DNA of 64,000 nt from a virus (lineage: Duplodnaviria > Caudoviricetes). Shown here piece by piece: positions 58,409-64,000 of the stretch (position 1 is its first letter; each line of letters opens with the position of its first letter). The stretch spans positions 1 to 64,000 of IMG/VR virus record IMGVR_UViG_2875882051_000001; one strand, written 5' to 3'. Below the pieces are notes generated by a model. It did not search any database. It saw nothing but the letters and a program-made list of their open reading frames with translations, and had not been told where the DNA came from. Made by a program: the position numbers and the translations under genes.

Positions 58409-60470
58409 AACTTATCCTCTCCTCATCATCTAAAGCAGACATTACCATGGCTTTGAAATCTTCAAATTGTTGCTTTAATAAACTTAATGTTTGTGCATCT
58501 ACATTTCCTGATATTTGAGGTGCAAATATAAATGTTGGAGAATCACCGCTTTTATTTCCTTCATATCCAATAGCAGATGCTGTTTTTTCTAATAAAGAAA
58601 TACTTCTAGGATTATTTCGCTTAAGTGGTATAGCTGCTTCTGGACCAGCCTCTCCAAAAATAGAGGGAACATTTGTAAATCCCCCATATTTAAACTGTGG
58701 AATAGTTGGTATATTAATTCCAAAGTGCTGACCACCAAATTCTGGTACCCAATCAGGAATATCTAAACTTATTGAATTTATTCCTCCAATAACAGCATTA
58801 ATCATTCCAATAATTGCATTAAGCGGTGCTGTCATATATGTTTCGATACCACCTACTATTCCTGAAAATATCTCAACAATACCTTGCCATGCCAATCCCC
58901 AATTTCCTGCAAATACACCACTAATAAAGTCTGTAATGCCTTGAAATACTAATTTAATAGCATCCCAATACCCTCCAATAATAAAGAAAAAACTATTTAA
59001 AATTGATCCTAGTGCACCAAATGTGGTGGTCCAATCTGTAGCCATTGCAGTAGTAATCCAAAGATCAAATGCTTGTATTCCTGCTTGTATATTGGTCCAC
59101 ATATTTATAAAGAAGTTTCTAAACCCCTCACAATTATTCCATAGCCAAACAATTCCTGCTACTAAAGCAGCAATTCCAATAATAACCAAAGCTATAGGAT
59201 TTGCACTCATTGCTGCATTTAATGCCCATTGTGCCGCCGTCTGTGCTCCAGTTGCTACTGTAGAAATTCCCTTTACCACTGCATCTTTAGCATAAAGAGC
59301 TTGTAAATATCCTGTTGTTGCTAAATCTTTTAATTTTACCGCACTTAATGCTAAGTATCCTGACTTTAATAACATTAATGAACTATATACTCCATGTATA
59401 GCTTGAATACCAGATGATATCCCAGATATAGCTCTCCATACTAGAAATGCTTTGCCAATAAAGCTTGCTATTTGTAATATTTGTGGCCCATTATCTTGAA
59501 TATAACTAAATAGATTACTAACTTTAGGGGTTATATAATCAATTCCATTTATGATATTCTGAACGAATCCAGTAAATTTATCTGCTATTGAATCAATAGT
59601 ACCATCTGATTGCATTTGTGTTAATTTATCAGCTAATGACGAAACCTTTTGTTTTACTAAATCAAACGCTGAACCGTCTATAATGTCTCCTTTTGAAGAT
59701 ATTCCAGCTATCTGAGCAAGTCCGTTTTTAGTAACTCCTGTTATTGTTGACATTAATCCATTAAAACTTTTGGATTGAATATCCATTGAGCCTGCATATC
59801 TTTCCTTCATAAGAGAAAACATTGAAGCATTAAAGGCTTTTTGATTTGTAATTTGACCTTTATTGTTAACAAGTTCTATACCTGCTAATGTCTTTGCACC
59901 TTGTGCAACAATCATATCTTTTGTAATACCAAATTCTTTTAATCTTTCCAACTCTCCAGTTTGTGCATCAGCCACAGCTTCCACAGCTTGGTCAATTGAT
60001 TTTCCCATTGCTGCTGCCATATCACCAGTAAGTGGAAGTACTTTTTTTGCCTCAAGTCCATAAGATGTCAATTTAACAGTAGCATCAACTATTTCTCCAG
60101 TTTCAAATGGAGTTTTATTTGCATAGTCATTCGCCCACGCAAATGTTTCTGCTGCTTTTGTATTATCTTTCATAACAACATTTAAAGTATTTCTATACTG
60201 CTCTAAACTTGCTGCTTGGCTTAACATTGATTTGCCAACCATAGCTCCTGATGTTGCAATTGTACCTGTTACTAATGCTGCTTTAATTTTCCCTGAAATA
60301 CCCTGCACCTGAGTACCTGCATTTTGTGCAAGTGCTATGCTTCTTGAATTTACTTGGGATATAGAGCTTGATGCTCTGCTAGCAAATTGGGCTACACTTG
60401 CAAATGCTTTCTGAAGACTTGGATTTAATTTCCCCCCAATAGCGATACTTGTTTGTAATATCTTTGACAT
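58389..60470 (-). CDS. Tape measure protein (prophage 2)
   Basis: YANKTPFETGEIV...AVEAVADAQTGELERLKEFG; TM-rich C-half. Confidence 0.88.
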   Translation of the reverse strand: MSKILQTSIAIGGKLNPSLQKAFASVAQFASRASSSISQVNSRSIALAQNAGTQVQGISGKIKAALVTGTIATSGAMVGKSMLSQAASLEQYRNTLNVVMKDNTKAAETFAWANDYANKTPFETGEIVDATVKLTSYGLEAKKVLPLTGDMAAAMGKSIDQAVEAVADAQTGELERLKEFGITKDMIVAQGAKTLAGIELVNNKGQITNQKAFNASMFSLMKERYAGSMDIQSKSFNGLMSTITGVTKNGLAQIAGISSKGDIIDGSAFDLVKQKVSSLADKLTQMQSDGTIDSIADKFTGFVQNIINGIDYITPKVSNLFSYIQDNGPQILQIASFIGKAFLVWRAISGISSGIQAIHGVYSSLMLLKSGYLALSAVKLKDLATTGYLQALYAKDAVVKGISTVATGAQTAAQWALNAAMSANPIALVIIGIAALVAGIVWLWNNCEGFRNFFINMWTNIQAGIQAFDLWITTAMATDWTTTFGALGSILNSFFFIIGGYWDAIKLVFQGITDFISGVFAGNWGLAWQGIVEIFSGIVGGIETYMTAPLNAIIGMINAVIGGINSISLDIPDWVPEFGGQHFGINIPTIPQFKYGGFTNVPSIFGEAGPEAAIPLKRNNPRSISLLEKTASAIGYEGNKSGDSPTFIFAPQISGNVDAQTLSLLKQQFEDFKAMVMSALDDEERISFGETVL

Positions 60471-60474
60471 AGTA

Positions 60475-60681
60475 TCACCTCTTCTCTTTATTCATTAACT
60501 TCTTATATTCTGAATTTCTTCTATCTGCTTCATCTACTAAAGCGTCATAATATTCAAATAAATTAAGCAAACTCATTTCATAACAATCTTTTCTGGAATT
60601 TGAAGTCTCAAGAGTTATTTGGGCTACTATTTCTTTTAACTGTTTTCTTCTTGGTCTCCAACCAAGCCTTGCATAAAAAAA
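60475..60681 (-). other. Programmed -1 frameshift site and extension ORF of tail chaperone
   Basis: T TTT TTT heptamer at 60681-60675; -1 frame open for 69 codons to TGA at 60477-60475, just before the tape measure ATG. Confidence 0.75.
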
Positions 60682-61256
60682 TCCCTAGCACATGATGCCG
60701 CCTTTGCATAATCTGCTAGCGATAGCCTTTTTATATCTATATATTCCATATTGGCTGATTCAGCAAACATTCTAGCACCTATAATAGGATCTAATTCATA
60801 GCTAGATGAAACAACATATTTACTTCTTGTTGCTTCATTAAAAACTTTTTCTATGCTGTTTCCACTTAAGTTATCAAAGTCGTAATTGATTTCTTTAATT
60901 TCTTCTCCTTTAACTAATATCGGCTTGCTTAATATTAATGCATTTTCTTTTTCACTCTCCTCATCTGATAGTTTTTTAAAGAAATATTCTCTTCCAAGTG
61001 ATGCAGCTTTAGAATAATCAGCTAATCCAAATCTTTGTACATCCATGTATGCATTATTACTAGCCTCTGCAAACATCATAGCTCCTATGACTGGATCTAA
61101 TTCATAATTTGCTGAAATTATATGTCCACTCTTTATTGCTTCCTTAAATGCTTCTTCAAGATTCTCTCCAATTAAACTTTCAAAATCATAAGAAATTTCT
61201 TTAGCTTCTTCTCCGTCTATCATTATTGGTTTTTTCAATATTAATTTATTTTCCAT
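60636..61256 (-). CDS. Tail assembly chaperone with tandemly duplicated domain
   Basis: Two roughly 100-aa copies: LILxKPI...YDF...YELDPxIGAxMFAE...LADYxKAAS. Confidence 0.8.
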   Translation of the reverse strand: MENKLILKKPIMIDGEEAKEISYDFESLIGENLEEAFKEAIKSGHIISANYELDPVIGAMMFAEASNNAYMDVQRFGLADYSKAASLGREYFFKKLSDEESEKENALILSKPILVKGEEIKEINYDFDNLSGNSIEKVFNEATRSKYVVSSSYELDPIIGARMFAESANMEYIDIKRLSLADYAKAASCARDFFMQGLVGDQEENS

Positions 61257-61325
61257 GATTGTTTTCCTCCCAAATTAATAAGCTAGGATAATTTAATAAT
61301 CCTAGCTTGATTTCTATTCTATTTA

Positions 61326-61844
61326 TTAAAGGTTTGAAGATACGCTCTCCAATAAATTCACACCATTAATTGCATATATACCATTTAACTTATCCACATT
61401 TAATATCTCATTTCCATTAATAATTCTCTTGTATGCTAATACTTCATATGTTACTTTACCATCTTGTGCGGCTCCTGATTCAAGTTTTCCTTCTTCATGC
61501 TTCTTTGGTATTACTTTTAGGAATGCTTTGTGAGAAACAGTAGATACTTTTCCTGTTGAAGGATCAAGAACGTCTGTTACCCATCTATATTCAAGCTCAT
61601 TAGCTGAAACTAGAGTGCCATATTTTTCATTACTAACTCTAATAGCAATTTCTGTTTCCATTGAACCTATTTGCCCAAGTGTTGGAACATCTATTTCACC
61701 AGATATTCCAGAACCTTTTATAGTATCTGTAAGCATCTCTATACTTGGAAGTGTTACTGATGTTGTATCTCCCATTTTAGTAGCTTTTCCATTGTCTCTT
61801 ACATAAACACTATAGTCTATTACTTTATTTGATACTCCATCCAT
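61326..61844 (-). CDS. Tail tube protein (P2 FII-like)
   Basis: VTLPSIEMLTDTIKGSGISGEID...EILNVDKLNGIYAING. Confidence 0.9.
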   Translation of the reverse strand: MDGVSNKVIDYSVYVRDNGKATKMGDTTSVTLPSIEMLTDTIKGSGISGEIDVPTLGQIGSMETEIAIRVSNEKYGTLVSANELEYRWVTDVLDPSTGKVSTVSHKAFLKVIPKKHEEGKLESGAAQDGKVTYEVLAYKRIINGNEILNVDKLNGIYAINGVNLLESVSSNL

Positions 61845-63283
61845 TATTCTTCTTCACCTCCATATAAGTTATCTATTCCAGCTGATGTATACTGAACTTT
61901 GTTAGTAATCGACTTAGCTAGTGGTGTATTCGTAACTAATGTATTAAATGCAAAATCACCATTGATTATATCTGATGTTGCATTATTCTCCCTATTAAAA
62001 ACTATTTTCCCTAATAGCATCTTTCCACCACTTACTAATGCATCTAATCTCATTTGTTCTGAATTTACAAGAGCATCAATTTCATTTCTTGTCATTGCCT
62101 GATCTATTAAGTCCCCATTTCTAGATTGAAAATCATTTAATAAGTATTTATTTACCATTATGTTTACGTCAAAAATCTCATCTGGCTTATCTGTAACTCC
62201 AAATTCATAATTAGCCATATGTGGACCCCATAAAACATACTTACCACCAGAATATATTGCTGTAGTGATTCCTTTTTCATTAAGTTCATTCGCTCTTGAC
62301 TGACTTATTTTTATTTTATTTCCATTTACAATTAAACCACTTATATCAATTTGCTTATTTGATGGACTCTCACATGGAATATTATCATTTTTAACATCAG
62401 TTTGTAACTTAGCAACAATAGCACAAATTGATAGCCACATTTCCTTTCCCGCAATAACTCCTTTAGGCCAACATACTTTTTCAGAATTTGAATTATAATT
62501 GTTGTTTTTCTTCCACTCAATAGCTTTCTCTATTGTATTAGTAGCTGAACTGCAATCTAAGTCTGTAAAACATATTGCTTCCCACTTATCAGATATTTTA
62601 CTTGTTATAGCTACAAGTGCTTGTTCAACCTTTGGAATATGATTAAAACCTGGAGCACTTGTGATAGATGGAATTAAATTTAATTCTTCATATACATCTG
62701 CTATAGCTTTTATTCCTGTTCTTTCATCACTTTCGGCAATATAACTTCCTACAATATCTGTATCTGTTACTTTGCTCGGATCAATTTTTCTACATGAAAC
62801 TGTTATTGTATCACCAAGACCATCTGTTGAAACATCTGTTATCTTTAAATATCCTTCATTTGTATAATCTAATTTATAATCAACACCTTCATGCTTATCA
62901 GCTATAGCTATTGAATCAATGCAAACATGTTCTTTTATTAATCCAACTTTATTAATAATTTGAACCGTTTCTGTTATAGCTTCACCATGTTTTGATGGAT
63001 CTAATGTATTAATAATTACAATCGGTCCAATTGGTTTTATTTTATTTTGAAAATGTGCATATATTGCAGCTGAAAGTGTAAATTCTTTATAATCATCATC
63101 TTCTTTGTAACCAGTTTTAATTTCAGCTTCTTGTAAGCTTCTGATTAACTGAGGTTTATTAATAATTGCATCTCTTACTCTATGAATTGGAGCTGTTCCA
63201 ATATAGATGGGTACATTCTTACAATTTGTTATTGTTTCCGTGCTGGCTACTATTTCGCCATATATACCATGTTTATATCCCAT
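61844..63283 (-). CDS. Tail sheath protein (P2 FI-like)
   Basis: MGYKHGIY...IYIGTAPIH...ESPSNK...ANELNEKGITT...WG. Confidence 0.9.
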   Translation of the reverse strand: MGYKHGIYGEIVASTETITNCKNVPIYIGTAPIHRVRDAIINKPQLIRSLQEAEIKTGYKEDDDYKEFTLSAAIYAHFQNKIKPIGPIVIINTLDPSKHGEAITETVQIINKVGLIKEHVCIDSIAIADKHEGVDYKLDYTNEGYLKITDVSTDGLGDTITVSCRKIDPSKVTDTDIVGSYIAESDERTGIKAIADVYEELNLIPSITSAPGFNHIPKVEQALVAITSKISDKWEAICFTDLDCSSATNTIEKAIEWKKNNNYNSNSEKVCWPKGVIAGKEMWLSICAIVAKLQTDVKNDNIPCESPSNKQIDISGLIVNGNKIKISQSRANELNEKGITTAIYSGGKYVLWGPHMANYEFGVTDKPDEIFDVNIMVNKYLLNDFQSRNGDLIDQAMTRNEIDALVNSEQMRLDALVSGGKMLLGKIVFNRENNATSDIINGDFAFNTLVTNTPLAKSITNKVQYTSAGIDNLYGGEEE

Positions 63284-63295
63284 TTTTTCATCTCC

Positions 63296-63820
63296 TTATA
63301 AGAAATCATCTTTTATATTAAATGGTAATGAAGCTATAGAAACAGTAAAGCTTATATTAGCTGTCCAATATGGATAACTTTGTTGACTGTCCATGCTCCA
63401 TTTAATGGGTTTGTTTATATTAACTTTTTCTAGAATAATTGGATTTTTAGCAAACTCCAATCTTATTTTTGTTATTAGATTTAGTAAATCCATATAACCT
63501 TTTCCATTTAAATTAACTATTCCATCCTCTTGTGTTTCTCCTGGATCAAAAGTAACGATTTTAAGGCGCATACTAAGATTTGAGTCACTATTATCATCCA
63601 CTCCTTCATCAATCATTACTACAATAGATGGTATAGAATACTCATATTCGTTTAAACTTCCTAATGGCATCCAACCTTTATATACTGAAGGATTGACCAA
63701 TTCATAACTTCCACACTTATTAATGGCCCCTTTTTCAGGTGGTTTTTCTAATTTAATCTCGTTAGCAATATTATTTTTTATAAATATAGATAATCCATTT
63801 AGCACTTCAATATCCGTCAT
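63296..63820 (-). CDS. Tail completion / terminator protein
   Basis: Synteny upstream of sheath. Confidence 0.6.
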   Translation of the reverse strand: MTDIEVLNGLSIFIKNNIANEIKLEKPPEKGAINKCGSYELVNPSVYKGWMPLGSLNEYEYSIPSIVVMIDEGVDDNSDSNLSMRLKIVTFDPGETQEDGIVNLNGKGYMDLLNLITKIRLEFAKNPIILEKVNINKPIKWSMDSQQSYPYWTANISFTVSIASLPFNIKDDFL

Positions 63821-63829
63821 ATACCTCTC

Positions 63830-64000
63830 CTACTTTGATAATTTATCTAGTCTGTATTCAACTTCGTGTCCAATTCTCTTTTGCAATTGCTCTCCAGCAT
63901 TTTTCATAACTTTTTCGCTTATTTCTGTATTACTTATCATTTGAGGTATTGATAATGTTCTTAATACTTCAATTGGATATGATTTTGAAGTTTTTCTTTT
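63830..64000 (-). CDS. Minor tail protein (gpZ-like), 3' end only
   Basis: YPIEVLRTLSIPQMI...LQKRIGHEVEYRL*; start outside window. Confidence 0.6.
   Translation of the reverse strand, partial: KRKTSKSYPIEVLRTLSIPQMISNTEISEKVMKNAGEQLQKRIGHEVEYRLDKLSK

Larger units (their letters stand above)
45592..64000 (-). mobile_element. Prophage 2 (partial), P2-like contractile tail, lysis and accessory end
   Basis: Sheath, tube, tape measure, X/D/U/W/J/I/H-like baseplate genes and second lysis cassette; runs off the window. Confidence 0.92.

Overview
AT-rich Clostridium-type DNA (the gene content resembles C. beijerinckii-group prophages) made up entirely of two temperate prophages in tandem and in the same orientation. 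Prophage 1 (about 0.5-45.6 kb) is siphovirus-like and nearly complete: integrase/ImmA/CI/Cro, RecT-DnaB-RusA replication, terminase, SPP1-type portal, P22-coat capsid, tail and lysis; its left att is not visible. Prophage 2 (45.6 kb to past the window end) has a P2-like contractile tail, lysis genes and accessory genes. The two are separated by a 40-bp 3' half of a tRNA flanked by two different sets of arm-type repeats. Main highlights: (i) an ORF-less 269-nt group I intron splitting the prophage 1 tape-measure gene; (ii) a non-coding array at 33.8-34.4 kb of repeated sigmaG-like promoter / short RNA / terminator units antisense to the early operon; (iii) a Tad1 homologue beside a two-domain candidate nucleotide sponge in the head module; (iv) a MuF protein with a HEXXH extension and a putative immunity gene; (v) a stand-alone SIR2 protein and other defence-like morons; (vi) a Spo0E-like domain; (vii) a doubled tail chaperone with a -1 frameshift site. 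All family assignments come from motif recognition and recall, not from database searches.
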